Under the pieces are notes generated by a model, which had not been told where the DNA came from, searched no databases, and saw only the letters and a program-made list of their open reading frames with translations. A stretch of DNA of 64,000 nt from an uncultured Candidatus Saccharibacteria bacterium (GTDB taxonomy: Bacteria > Patescibacteriota > Saccharimonadia > Saccharimonadales > Saccharimonadaceae). Shown one piece after another: positions 19,901 through 30,022 of the stretch; position 1 is the stretch's first letter; each line of letters opens with the position of its first letter. The translations under genes and the position numbers were made by a program. Location: the NCBI GenBank assembly GCA_938045235.1, contig CALIMZ010000010.1, positions 2,060-66,059 of the forward strand, in the 5' to 3' direction.

Positions 19901-20995
19901 ATGAGAAACTTCAACCGATTTCCAGGCGCCAGCGCAGCATGGAGTGCGGGAACAGAGCAATTATCAGCTTCTTCGGGGGCTCACTTTGACAGTGTTCCGA
20001 ATGCTTTTGGCACTGGTAGAGCTGGGCAGTCTGAGCAAGTTGGATCATTTCCATCATTTAGCCGAGAGCCGGCGACGTCATGGGGAAACGGGTCGTTCAA
20101 TAACGCCCCGCAGCCATCGACTGTAGATCGGCCAGCCTCTTTTGGATTTGGATCGCCACGCGGCGCTGAAATATCCGCATCTTTTGGATCGTCGCACGGC
20201 ACTGAAGCACCCGCCTGGTCGTCATCTTCCCAAGAAGTATCGTCCACGACCCCTGAGCGTGAATCAATAAGAACTAAGCTTCAGCGAGCGCTCGGTGGTG
20301 CTGCTAATCGGTTGGCTAGCATGTTTGGCGGTCGTAATAAAACAGAGCAAAGTTATGGAAGTACGCCGCCATCTTTTACTCAACAGGCTGAAACTGCTCC
20401 GTCTACTGCATGGGAGAATGCGTCGGCTATGGGACAGCCTGGCAACTTTGTAGGGCAGCAGGCTTCGGCTGAATCAAATGATGGATTTGCAGCAAGAGCT
20501 GCGAGTGCTATAGATGGAGCTGCGGGTGTTGCTCATGGAGCTGCTGATAGAATGGGGGCTATCCGTGGAAGTAGAGCATTCCAATTTGCAGAAAGACACA
20601 GTAATACTGTTGCGGCTGTAGGAAGTGTGATTGATACGGTTGGGGATGTATCGCAAGCAGTGAGAGGGTATAGTGCGCAAGATATCTACGAGAATCGGGA
20701 GCAGCTAGCGAGTCGTGGTATCGCGGCGGCTGGCGATATGCTCCGTGAAGGCGGCAAGGCTGCTGTAAGAGAAGCGGCTAGTACACTTGGAGAGAAGTAT
20801 GGTATAGATGTTGAGAACCGCAGAGTTACGAGCAAGCGTAAGTTGGGAATAGGAGCTCTTCGTATAGTAACAGGGGTGGGGATACAGCATGATCTAATGA
20901 CATCCGCGGCTGCTGGAATCCGTGCCGGCGCTGGTGCGGCTAAGAAGGAAGCTGTTCGCCACGCTACGGCACCTTCTTCTGAAAGGGGATGGTAA
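19901..20995 (+). CDS. Hypothetical low-complexity Ser/Gly/Ala/Phe-rich protein
   Basis: 364-aa ORF; disordered-looking N-half, Ala-rich helical C-half. Confidence 0.7.
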   Translation: MRNFNRFPGASAAWSAGTEQLSASSGAHFDSVPNAFGTGRAGQSEQVGSFPSFSREPATSWGNGSFNNAPQPSTVDRPASFGFGSPRGAEISASFGSSHGTEAPAWSSSSQEVSSTTPERESIRTKLQRALGGAANRLASMFGGRNKTEQSYGSTPPSFTQQAETAPSTAWENASAMGQPGNFVGQQASAESNDGFAARAASAIDGAAGVAHGAADRMGAIRGSRAFQFAERHSNTVAAVGSVIDTVGDVSQAVRGYSAQDIYENREQLASRGIAAAGDMLREGGKAAVREAASTLGEKYGIDVENRRVTSKRKLGIGALRIVTGVGIQHDLMTSAAAGIRAGAGAAKKEAVRHATAPSSERGW

Positions 20996-21127
20996 CAGTA
21001 TAGCAGTGCGAAATAGATAGGGTGTGAGCTGGATGGACTAACGATCCGACTCTAACAGCGGTGGCTTTTCTAGCTATTGATAAAACGTACGCACATGGTA
21101 TAATAAAAAAGTAACTAATTTTTAACG

Positions 21128-21172
21128 ACACAACCCGCCAAAACTCCATATTATGGCGGGTGAGGCAAAGGA
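21128..21172 (+). promoter_or_regulatory. rpsB leader hairpin (possible S2 autoregulatory element)
   Basis: ACCCGCCA (21133-21140) pairs with TGGCGGGT (21154-21161) between promoter (TATAAT 21099-21104) and SD. Confidence 0.5.
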
Positions 21173-21181
21173 GTAATAGAT

Positions 21182-21877
21182 ATGACCGTGCAGGTAGATA
21201 TCAAAGCTTTGTTTGAAGCTGGCGTCCATTTTGGGCACAAAACAAGCCGGTGGCATCCAAAGATGGCGCCATATATTCACAGTAAGCGACAGGGGTCGCA
21301 TATTATAGATTTAACGAAAACGGTTGAAGCACTCGGCAAAGCGTTGCCGTTTTTGACAAAAGTCGCAGCGACAGGTAAGCCGATCTTGTTCGTCGGCACA
21401 AAAAAGCAGGCAAAAGCGATCGCAAAGGCTGCTGCCGAGCAGACTGGTATGCCGTATGTCACTGAGCGTTGGATTGGCGGTATGCTGACGAACGTCGCAA
21501 CAACAAACGCCCAGGTGAAAAAACTTAAGGATTTAGAGCGCCGCATGGCGTCGGGCGATTTAGAAAAGCGCTACAACAAGCTGGAAGTCCAGCGTTTCCA
21601 GGAAGAGATTGATAGCCTGAATCTGAAGTATGGCGGTATCAAAAATATGAACGGGCGTCCGGCAGCGCTTGTTGTGTTTGATGTTCTCACCGACGCAAAC
21701 GCGATTAACGAAGCGCGCAACCTTAATATTCCGGTGGTTGGCATTGTTGATACGAATGCCGATCCGTCGCGCGTTGAATATCCGATTCCAGGCAATGACG
21801 ATGCAATCAAGGGGCTGCAATTGCTCGCAGACTACTTTGTGCAGGCAATTGCCGAAGGTAAGAATAAAGAGAATTAG
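21182..21877 (+). CDS. rpsB: 30S ribosomal protein uS2
   Basis: LFEAGVHFGH..SRWHPKM, FVGTKKQA, RWIGGMLTN, DTNADP, PGNDDAI. Confidence 0.98.
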   Translation: MTVQVDIKALFEAGVHFGHKTSRWHPKMAPYIHSKRQGSHIIDLTKTVEALGKALPFLTKVAATGKPILFVGTKKQAKAIAKAAAEQTGMPYVTERWIGGMLTNVATTNAQVKKLKDLERRMASGDLEKRYNKLEVQRFQEEIDSLNLKYGGIKNMNGRPAALVVFDVLTDANAINEARNLNIPVVGIVDTNADPSRVEYPIPGNDDAIKGLQLLADYFVQAIAEGKNKEN

Positions 21878-21886
21878 GAGGGCATC

Positions 21887-22483
21887 GTGGCTGTAACGAT
21901 TGAAGATATTAAGAAACTGAAGGAATTAACCGGTATCGGTTTGACAGATGCGAAAAAAGCGTTGGTTGAGGCAGAGGGCGACTTTGACAAAGCGCTTGAA
22001 GCGCTGCGTAAAAAAGGCTTAACTAAAGCAGAGAAAAAAGGCGATCGCGAAACACGCGAGGGGTTGGTTGAAAGCTACGTGCATTCGGGGCGGATCGGCG
22101 TGATCGTTGAGGTTAACTGTGAGACCGATTTTGTGGCGCGCTTATCGGAATTTAAGGAGTTTGCCCATCAAATTGCTATGCAAATTGCGGCGATGGCACC
22201 GAAATATGCTACGATGGATGATATTCCGAACGATGTCTACGAAGCGAAAAAAGCTGAATTGCTTGAAAGCGAAAGCCTAAAAAGCAAGCCAGAAGCTATG
22301 CGCGAGCAGATAGTCGACGGACAGCTTAAGAAGTACTTCGCTGAGCAAGTATTGGCTGAGCAGGCGTTTGTGCTTGATGATAGCAAAACGGTCGGCGAAC
22401 TCATCAAAGAACAAATTGTACTGCGCGGTGAGAATGTGCGTGTCAGCCAATTTAAGCGGATTGAGCTTGGCGTGACAGAATAA
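21887..22483 (+). CDS. tsf: Elongation factor Ts (short form)
   Basis: IKKLKELTG.G..DAKKAL, EVNCETDFVAR. Confidence 0.97.
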   Translation: MAVTIEDIKKLKELTGIGLTDAKKALVEAEGDFDKALEALRKKGLTKAEKKGDRETREGLVESYVHSGRIGVIVEVNCETDFVARLSEFKEFAHQIAMQIAAMAPKYATMDDIPNDVYEAKKAELLESESLKSKPEAMREQIVDGQLKKYFAEQVLAEQAFVLDDSKTVGELIKEQIVLRGENVRVSQFKRIELGVTE

Positions 22484-22504
22484 CGTCCTCTTGATGTCTA
22501 CTGA

Positions 22505-22534
22505 GATACCCCGTGATTTTACGCGGGGTATTTT
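22505..22534 (+). terminator. Intrinsic terminator after tsf
   Basis: GATACCCCGTG...CGCGGGGTATTTT. Confidence 0.8.
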
Positions 22535-22548
22535 GATATGATAGAGAT

Positions 22549-23256
22549 ATGACGCGAAACTTTGAGAGCAGCTTTAATTTCACTCCGAATCCGGAATGGA
22601 TACCTGATGAACACGAGTCGGGCAAAGACGACGTTGATTTGCGCCATGAAAGTGAAGTATTTCTTGATCATGAGCGAATTGATAATCATAAAGATGTTGA
22701 TGATGAGTTGGCACAGTTACGCGATCAACTGAGCGAAGATACAGATGGAATTATGCATCTCGATATCCCGGCGTATCAATATGATTTTGCCGATAATCCA
22801 TTTGTCGGCATGTCGCCAGATCGCATCAAAACATACGAGATTTCGCGTTATATTGACATTGTATTTCTACATAGATATATGTATCAAGATATAATTGTAT
22901 GCGGTTTGCAGTCGCGGAAATTTGTGTCGGAACGCGGGAGAGCCGCATTTGTTAAGAAAATAAAAGAGGCGGGCGGACTGCCATACGCGATTGACCACAA
23001 AAAACCTTACGATATTGTCGGTATTCCCTTTATACCGTTTATGACATTTCATAGCACTGATGCGCTGTTTCGCTTATACCACACGATTGGGCAGCGTGTG
23101 GCGGAGCGCCCGCACGTTCCGCTTGACGTGTGGCTGATTTACGATGCGCGGGCGTACCGCGAAGTTCCGTACCGCGAAGACTTCCGTTCGGCGTATGTAC
23201 TACGCGACGGATATAGCCGGCGAGCGTCGTTACTGGGAATTGCGCAAATAAATTAG
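22549..23256 (+). CDS. Hypothetical protein between tsf and frr
   Basis: 235-aa ORF with own -10 (TATGAT); no UMP-kinase motifs. Confidence 0.7.
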   Translation: MTRNFESSFNFTPNPEWIPDEHESGKDDVDLRHESEVFLDHERIDNHKDVDDELAQLRDQLSEDTDGIMHLDIPAYQYDFADNPFVGMSPDRIKTYEISRYIDIVFLHRYMYQDIIVCGLQSRKFVSERGRAAFVKKIKEAGGLPYAIDHKKPYDIVGIPFIPFMTFHSTDALFRLYHTIGQRVAERPHVPLDVWLIYDARAYREVPYREDFRSAYVLRDGYSRRASLLGIAQIN

Positions 23257-23281
23257 TATACTAGAAGGAAATGGAGGTAAC

Positions 23282-23836
23282 ATGTTTAGTACGGACGAAT
23301 ATGAATTAAAAATGACAAGCGCGTTAGAGCATTTTGAGGCGGAGCTTGCGAAGATTCGCACTGGTCGGGCGCACCCAAATATGCTTGATGGTATCAGAGT
23401 AGAGACGTATGGTACGCTGATGCCGCTCAATCAGGTGGCAAACGTGACGGCGCCGGAAGCGCAATTGTTGCAGATTACGCCGTTTGACCCGAGTAATATT
23501 CAGGCGATTGCGGCGGCGATCCGTACTGACCAAAGCTTAGGGTTTAATCCGAGCGATGACGGCCGTGTTGTGCGCGTGCCTGTACCGGCACTCACCGAAG
23601 AGCGGCGCAAGCAACTCGTGAAGCAGGCGGGTGAAAAGGTTGAAGAGGCGCGGATTGCTCTGCGCAATGTTCGCCAGGAAGGCCTAAAAGAGGCGAAGCG
23701 TATGAAAGAAGCGAAAGAGTTGTCCGAAGACGATCTGAAAACGATTGAAAAAGAATTCGACCGTTTAATGAGCGAATTTCAAGACAAACTGGAAGCGACG
23801 TTCAAGGCAAAAGAAAAGGATATTTTGACAGTCTAA
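23282..23836 (+). CDS. frr: Ribosome recycling factor
   Basis: IRTGRA, GFNPSDDG, PALTEERRK, RNVR. Confidence 0.97.
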   Translation: MFSTDEYELKMTSALEHFEAELAKIRTGRAHPNMLDGIRVETYGTLMPLNQVANVTAPEAQLLQITPFDPSNIQAIAAAIRTDQSLGFNPSDDGRVVRVPVPALTEERRKQLVKQAGEKVEEARIALRNVRQEGLKEAKRMKEAKELSEDDLKTIEKEFDRLMSEFQDKLEATFKAKEKDILTV

Positions 23837-24532
23837 ATGAGTGAGCGAGGCAGTACTCCGACACACGTCGGTTATATCGTTGACGGCAATCGGCGTTGGG
23901 CAAGAGCGCGCGGGCTTGATTCTCAGGCAGGGCATGAGGCTGGGTATGAGAAAGTTAAAGACATCGTGCTTGACACAATTGACCGCGGTGTGCCGTACGT
24001 GAGCGCGTATATATTTAGCACCGAAAATTGGCACCGAAGCGGTCCGGAGGTGAAATATCTGATGGATTTGGTCGTGAAACTACTATCGGAAGATTTGCCG
24101 GTTTTTGTCGAGCGTGGTATACGGCTGCGTGTAGCAGGAACGCGCATACGCTTAAGCCGGCGCGTCAAGAAGGCAATTGATAAGGCGGAAGCAGCAACGA
24201 AAGACTTAACAAATGGTACGGTTATTTTATCGTTCAATTATGGCGGACACCAAGAGATCATTGACGCGGTGAATCGGCTGCGCAAAACATTGTCGGCGCA
24301 GAAAAAAGTTACGGCGCAGATTTTCGAGCAGTTCTTATATACGCCTGATGTGCCGCCGTGTGACTTGATTGTGCGGACAAGCGGCGAGCAGCGCTTAAGT
24401 AATTTCATGCTGTGGCGCAGCGCTTACAGCGAGCTGATCTTTATCAAAAAAGCTTGGCCCGACATGACAAAGCGCGACGTAACCGCTATACTAAAAGAGT
24501 ACGCAAAACGATCACGGCGATTTGGAGGGTAA
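23837..24532 (+). CDS. uppS: Undecaprenyl diphosphate synthase
   Basis: HVGYIVDGNRRWA, FSTENW.R, NYGG, RTSGEQRLSNF. Confidence 0.96.
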   Translation: MSERGSTPTHVGYIVDGNRRWARARGLDSQAGHEAGYEKVKDIVLDTIDRGVPYVSAYIFSTENWHRSGPEVKYLMDLVVKLLSEDLPVFVERGIRLRVAGTRIRLSRRVKKAIDKAEAATKDLTNGTVILSFNYGGHQEIIDAVNRLRKTLSAQKKVTAQIFEQFLYTPDVPPCDLIVRTSGEQRLSNFMLWRSAYSELIFIKKAWPDMTKRDVTAILKEYAKRSRRFGG

Positions 24533-25693
24533 ATGAATTTAGTGTGGGGTATTGTAATAGGGATTATTGCGCTCACGATTTTGGTGGTGCTGCACGAATT
24601 AGGGCATGCGCTGGTGGCGCGCCGGAACGGCGTGCGCGTTGAGGAATTCGGTATCGGATTTCCGCCAGCGGCGTATAAAAAGAACGTGAAGAAGAGCTTT
24701 TTGGGCAAAAACGTAGTATACAGCGTGAATTGGCTGCCCCTTGGCGGGTTTGTAAAATTGCAGGGCGAACATGACGATGATAAAAAACCTGGCGATTACG
24801 GCGCGGCGACATTTTGGCAGAAAACGAAAATTTTACTCGCTGGCGTAGCGATGAATTGGCTGACTGCAGCAGTATTGCTGATGATATTAGCGTGGTTTGG
24901 GTTGCCGCAGCTTGTTCCGCATCAGTTTACCGTGGCGGGCGACACGCGTGTTATCTATAATCCCGTTGTGCTTGCGAGTATTGAGAAAGACTTGCCAGCG
25001 GAGAGTGCGGGGCTGAAGTCGGGCGATGCGGTCATCTCCGTGAACGGTGAAAAAATTGAGACGAGCGCGCAGCTTTCAGAGGCGGCTGCGTCGCATAAGG
25101 GCGAGATGGTGCGTGTGGCGTATAAACGCGATGGCGCGGAACGGGTAGCGCACGTAGCGCTTCGCAGCACGAACAACGACAGGCGTGGTTATTTGGGTGC
25201 TGGCTTGTCGCAGGAGCGATTTACGCGATCAACATGGTCGGCGCCGATTGTCGGCATTGGCGTGACAGCGCAGTTGACGGGAATCACGCTGCAAGGGCTG
25301 GGGCAGGTGATTGGCGATGGCGTGTCCGGCTTAGTAATGAAACTGATGCCAAACGACTCGGCTCAAAAACAAGCAAATCAAAAGTTAAGTTCGGCGAGTC
25401 AAAGTGTCGGCGGTCCCTTGAGTATATTTGGTATCCTGTTTCCAGCGGCGGAGCGGGCGGGCATGCGTTACGTCGTGATGATGACAGCGCTTATTTCGCT
25501 CACGCTTGCGGTGATGAATATACTACCGATCCCAGCGCTTGATGGCGGGCGATGGTTTGTGACGGCGGTGTTTCGACTATTGAAAAAACCGCTCACCAAA
25601 GAGCGCGAAGAAAAAATTCACGGCACAGGATTTTTAGTGCTTCTGCTCCTGGTTGTGCTCGTAACGGTGTCGGATGTGGCGAAATTATTATGA
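24533..25693 (+). CDS. rseP: RIP metalloprotease RseP (M50 with PDZ)
   Basis: HELGH, PLGGFV, AGVAMN, NILPIPALDGG. Confidence 0.93.
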   Translation: MNLVWGIVIGIIALTILVVLHELGHALVARRNGVRVEEFGIGFPPAAYKKNVKKSFLGKNVVYSVNWLPLGGFVKLQGEHDDDKKPGDYGAATFWQKTKILLAGVAMNWLTAAVLLMILAWFGLPQLVPHQFTVAGDTRVIYNPVVLASIEKDLPAESAGLKSGDAVISVNGEKIETSAQLSEAAASHKGEMVRVAYKRDGAERVAHVALRSTNNDRRGYLGAGLSQERFTRSTWSAPIVGIGVTAQLTGITLQGLGQVIGDGVSGLVMKLMPNDSAQKQANQKLSSASQSVGGPLSIFGILFPAAERAGMRYVVMMTALISLTLAVMNILPIPALDGGRWFVTAVFRLLKKPLTKEREEKIHGTGFLVLLLLVVLVTVSDVAKLL

Positions 25694-26424
25694 AAGTAGT
25701 ACTAAAAAGACCGCACCTTACATTTAATAAAAAGCAATGGATCGGCGTATTGGCGTGGATTGGCGGCGTAGTTGCTGCGTATATTGTAGCGGCGTATCTG
25801 TCGAGCGGATTGTTCTGGGTGCTATTAAAAATTGGCGCTTTGCCGTTTGCGAACCAGACGGTATTAACGTTAGCGCAGCGTGTCGTGGTGTATATGATTA
25901 TTGTTGCGTTTTTGCTTGCGGGCGCTTGGCGACTGCAGCAGGCGCTCTCGCGCCGCGATATGGGATTGTGGCGGCTGCTTGATTGGCGTGATATCGGGCT
26001 AGGCATTGTCGGGGTATTTGTGTATCTCGTATTGACCGTTCTGCTACTCGCGATTGCGCGGTCAATTCCGGGGTTTGATATCAACCAGGCGCAGGATACG
26101 GGGCTCGGCAAGCTATATTCGTATGATTTATTAATGGCGTTTTTAGTGCTTGTTATCGCGACGCCATTTTTCGAGGAATTACTGTTTCGTGGTATATTGT
26201 ACGGACGGCTGCGTTCGCTGCAATTGCCCTGGTGGCTGGCGGCAATAATTATAAGCGCATTGTTTGGAGTGGCGCATATGCAGTGGAACGTTGCGGTCGA
26301 TGTATTTGCTCTAAGCCTGGTAATGTGCGTATTGCGCGAGAAAACTGAAAGCATTTGGGCGGGATTTTTAGTGCATGTTATCAAAAATTTCGTTGCATTT
26401 TATGTTGTGTTTGTAGCAGCGTGA
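25690..26424 (+). CDS. CPBP (CAAX/Abi) family intramembrane metalloprotease
   Basis: PFFEELLFRG, FGVAH, H..KN; ATGA overlap with rseP. Confidence 0.9.
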   Translation: MKVVLKRPHLTFNKKQWIGVLAWIGGVVAAYIVAAYLSSGLFWVLLKIGALPFANQTVLTLAQRVVVYMIIVAFLLAGAWRLQQALSRRDMGLWRLLDWRDIGLGIVGVFVYLVLTVLLLAIARSIPGFDINQAQDTGLGKLYSYDLLMAFLVLVIATPFFEELLFRGILYGRLRSLQLPWWLAAIIISALFGVAHMQWNVAVDVFALSLVMCVLREKTESIWAGFLVHVIKNFVAFYVVFVAA

Positions 26425-26473
26425 TATGCAGAGAGGCTAGGCAAGCGCTAGAGAGCAGGGTACAATACAGGAT

Positions 26474-27712
26474 ATGCGATTATCGAAAAATTTCACTAGA
26501 ACAACAAAACAAGCGCCTGCCGATGAGGTGGCACGCAATGCGCAGCTGCTGATTCGTGCCGGCTTTGTCTTTAAGACGATGGCCGGCGTGTACTCGTATA
26601 CGCCGCTTGGCCTACGTGTACTTGAAAACATCAAGCAAATTGTGCGCGAGGAAATGAATGCGATTGGCAGCCAGGAGCTGATCATGAGTACGCTGCAGCG
26701 CAAAGAGTTATGGCAGGAGACTGGACGATGGAGTGATGAGCTGGTTGATGTGTGGTTTAAGTCTACATTGCAAGATGGCACGGACGTTGGGTTTGGTTGG
26801 ACACATGAAGAGCCGATCGTTGAGCTGCTGCGGAGTTATCTAAAAAGCTACAAGGATTTGCCAATTAGCGTGTATCAATTCCAGAATAAACTGCGCAACG
26901 AGCTGCGCGCCAAAAGCGGTATCATGCGCGGGCGCGAATTTATCATGAAAGATATGTATTCAGTGCATGCGGCGAAAGAAGATCTAGATGCGTACTACGA
27001 CCAAGTGATTGAAGCGTACAAGCGGTGCTATGATCGGTTTGGCATCGGCAATGATACGTATGTGACGTTTGCCAGCGGCGGCGCCTTTACAAAATTTAGC
27101 CACGAATTTCAGACAATTTGCGAGGCGGGAGAGGACTGCATTTACTTGCATCGCGGTAAGAATATTGCGGTGAACGAGGAAGTGCTGGATGACGCTGTGA
27201 AGGAGCTTGGTATCAAGCGTAATGAGCTAGAAAAGGTCAAGACCGCGGAAGTCGGTAATATATTTAACTTTGGCACGCAAAAATCCGAAGAGATGAATCT
27301 CGTTTTCACAGGCAGCGATGGCATGCAGCACTATGCGTATATGGGTAGCTACGGCATTGGTATTACGCGCGTGATGGGCGTGATTGTTGAAAAATTTGCT
27401 GACGAAAAAGGATTAATTTGGCCGGAGAATATCGCGCCGGCACGAGTCTACCTGGTGCAAATTGGCGAGAAATCGCGCGCCGCAGCTGACGAGCTGTATG
27501 AGACGCTCGGGGCACAAGGCGTTGAGGTTCTATATGACGATCGCGATGAACGTCCGGGCGTTAAATTTGCCGACGCCGAGTTGATGGGTATCCCGCTGCG
27601 CGTGACAGTAAGCGACCGTTTGCTTGATGGTAAAGAATGGGAAGTTGTTGCGCGTGCAAGCGGCGAACGGCAGCTCTTGACGACAGACGAGCTGCTTGCT
27701 ACACTGGAGTAA
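26474..27712 (+). CDS. proS: Proline--tRNA ligase, bacterial type lacking the INS editing domain
   Basis: GVYSYTPLG, THEE, RNELRAKSGIMRGREFIMKD, EVGNIF, MGSYGIG; only 412 aa. Confidence 0.95.
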   Translation: MRLSKNFTRTTKQAPADEVARNAQLLIRAGFVFKTMAGVYSYTPLGLRVLENIKQIVREEMNAIGSQELIMSTLQRKELWQETGRWSDELVDVWFKSTLQDGTDVGFGWTHEEPIVELLRSYLKSYKDLPISVYQFQNKLRNELRAKSGIMRGREFIMKDMYSVHAAKEDLDAYYDQVIEAYKRCYDRFGIGNDTYVTFASGGAFTKFSHEFQTICEAGEDCIYLHRGKNIAVNEEVLDDAVKELGIKRNELEKVKTAEVGNIFNFGTQKSEEMNLVFTGSDGMQHYAYMGSYGIGITRVMGVIVEKFADEKGLIWPENIAPARVYLVQIGEKSRAAADELYETLGAQGVEVLYDDRDERPGVKFADAELMGIPLRVTVSDRLLDGKEWEVVARASGERQLLTTDELLATLE

Positions 27713-27806
27713 TCTTATCAAGACGGCTCGGAACTGCGAGAAAACAACACTAGTCAGATAGATTAGGTCTTCTCTTGGCGGGGTCTGTAAATAGGAGGTA
27801 GTAAGT

Positions 27807-28262
27807 ATGAAGAAAACGTATCAGATTACACAAGCGGGACGCAACGAGCTAGAGGCGGAGTTGGCGGATCTGAAAAGTCGCCGCGGCGAAATTGCCGATA
27901 AAATTGCTGAAGCTCGCGAGTATGGTGATTTAAGTGAAAACGCCGAATACGACAGCGCTCGCGAGGAGCAGGGACTCGTAGAAACACGCATTGCCGAGAT
28001 TGAAGATATTTTGCAAAATGCCGAGGAAATCAAGGGCGGCGCAAACCATACAGTGTGTCTTGGCAGCCGCGTCGCGATTGAGGCGAATGGGAAGACAACG
28101 GAATATTCGGTGGTTGGACCGGTCGAGGCTGATCCGATCAGCGGTAAAATTAGCGATGAATCGCCGCTTGGCGCTGCGTTGATGGGCAAATCGGTCGGTG
28201 AAACCGCGACGATCACGACGCCAAAAGGCGAGACGGTGTATACGATTAAATCAATTGCATAA
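27807..28262 (+). CDS. greA: Transcription elongation factor GreA
   Basis: EAREYGDLSENAEY, ISDESPLGAALMG. Confidence 0.97.
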   Translation: MKKTYQITQAGRNELEAELADLKSRRGEIADKIAEAREYGDLSENAEYDSAREEQGLVETRIAEIEDILQNAEEIKGGANHTVCLGSRVAIEANGKTTEYSVVGPVEADPISGKISDESPLGAALMGKSVGETATITTPKGETVYTIKSIA

Positions 28263-28288
28263 GATTCCCCTAGTAGCGGGTAAAACAT

Positions 28289-28322
28289 AAGCGGTCGCTC
28301 ATAGCACTATGCGACCGTTTTT
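28289..28322 (+). terminator. Intrinsic terminator after greA
   Basis: GCGGTCGC...GCGACCGT followed by T run. Confidence 0.75.
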
Positions 28323-28361
28323 ATGCGGATCAATAGCTAATCTGTTATACTAAAGATAATT

Positions 28362-29867
28362 ATGGCGACATTACAAGATTATCGGAACGAACGATTGCGA
28401 AAATTAGCTGCGCTACGCGAACTGGGCATTGATCCGTATCCGGCGCGCGTAGAGCGGACGCATACCTGCGCCGAAGTGGTTGAAAAATTTGATGAGCTAA
28501 TAGGGCAGACGGTCAGCGTGGCGGGGCGGATCGTGTCAATTCGCAGTTTTGGTAAATTAGCGTTTATTAAATTGCGCGATGCGAGCGGCGACGTGCAGTT
28601 GTATTTGCAAAAAGATGATGTAGCAGAGCTGGATGTAGGCCGCGGCACACTGGGCATGAAACAGCTGAAATTACTTGATACTGGTGATTTTGTCCAGGCG
28701 GCCGGTCGCATGGTGACAACGAAAACCGGCGAAAAGTCGGTCGGCGTGCATGAATTGCGATTGCTAACAAAATCTTTGCGCCCGATGCCGGAGAAGCTTG
28801 ATAATAAAGAAGAGCGATTCCGCCGCCGCTATGTCGATATGAACGTCAATCCCGAAGTGCGCCAACGTTTCATCCGCCGCAGTAGGTTTTGGCAGGCGAC
28901 GCGCGATTATCTCAACCAGCACGGCTTTACCGAGGTGAATGTACCGGTATTAGAGCACACTACCGGCGGCGCTGACGCCAACCCGTTTGTGACCCATATG
29001 GACGCGCTGGACGACCAGCAGTTTTACTTGCGCATTAGCCATGAATTGCCCCTCAAGCGTTTGATTGGCGCCGGTTTTGAGAAGGTATACGACCTCGGTC
29101 CGCGCTTTCGCAATGAGAACTACAGCGACGAGCACTTGCCCGAGCATATTGCCATGGAGTGGTATGCTGCTTATTGGGATTGGCGACAGGGTATGCATTT
29201 CATGGAGGAGATGTATAAAGATGTGCTGCAAAAAACCTTCGGCACATTACGCTTTCGGCTTGGTCGGTTTGACGTTGATATGAGCGGCAAATGGGATGTC
29301 TGGGATTATGCCGAGGTGATTGCTCAGCATTACGGAATTGATGTGTATCATACGACAATTGACGAAGTGGCGACGAAGCTGAAGGAACATAGCCTGGAAG
29401 TTGAAAAGACTGATTCCATCCCGCGCGGCATTGACAAACTTTGGAAAAATATTCGTAAAAGTGTGGCGGGGCCAGTCTGGCTGGTTAATACGCCGAAGTT
29501 TATCTCGCCGTTATCTAAAGCAAACCCAGACAACCCACAGTCGGTGGAGCGCTTTCAGCCAATTATCGCTGGCAGCGAGCTAGGCAATGGTTTTTCGGAA
29601 TTAAACGACCCGATCGACCAGTTGAACCGCTTCGTCGAGCAGCAGCGAATGCGCGACGCTGGCGACGACGAGGCAATGATGTTAGACATTGATTACGTGG
29701 AGATGCTGGAATACGGTATGCCGCCGGCGTGCGGCTGGGGCTGGAGCGAGCGGGTGTTTTGGATTTTCGAGGGCGTGACAGCGCGCGAAGGCGTGCCGTT
29801 TCCACAACTGAAAAGTGAGATTGACGAGGTGACCAAGGCGATTTATTCAGAAGCAGAATTACAGTGA
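28362..29867 (+). CDS. lysS: Lysine--tRNA ligase (class II)
   Basis: OB-fold VAGRI..GKLAF, RFRRRYVD, GGADANPF, FRNE, ELNDP, EYGMPP. Confidence 0.97.
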   Translation: MATLQDYRNERLRKLAALRELGIDPYPARVERTHTCAEVVEKFDELIGQTVSVAGRIVSIRSFGKLAFIKLRDASGDVQLYLQKDDVAELDVGRGTLGMKQLKLLDTGDFVQAAGRMVTTKTGEKSVGVHELRLLTKSLRPMPEKLDNKEERFRRRYVDMNVNPEVRQRFIRRSRFWQATRDYLNQHGFTEVNVPVLEHTTGGADANPFVTHMDALDDQQFYLRISHELPLKRLIGAGFEKVYDLGPRFRNENYSDEHLPEHIAMEWYAAYWDWRQGMHFMEEMYKDVLQKTFGTLRFRLGRFDVDMSGKWDVWDYAEVIAQHYGIDVYHTTIDEVATKLKEHSLEVEKTDSIPRGIDKLWKNIRKSVAGPVWLVNTPKFISPLSKANPDNPQSVERFQPIIAGSELGNGFSELNDPIDQLNRFVEQQRMRDAGDDEAMMLDIDYVEMLEYGMPPACGWGWSERVFWIFEGVTAREGVPFPQLKSEIDEVTKAIYSEAELQ

Positions 29868-30022
29868 GTGTATGTAAGTTACAATTCGCGGCAGTCTCCT
29901 TTTGATGTTACTGCCCTCGGTTTCAAAAGGCCATTGAATCGCGGCTTTATGATGAATACCCTAATATTGATTCCCCTTGGGGAATATTCATCGCTAGAAA
30001 AAATCATGAGCAGGAGAAAAAT

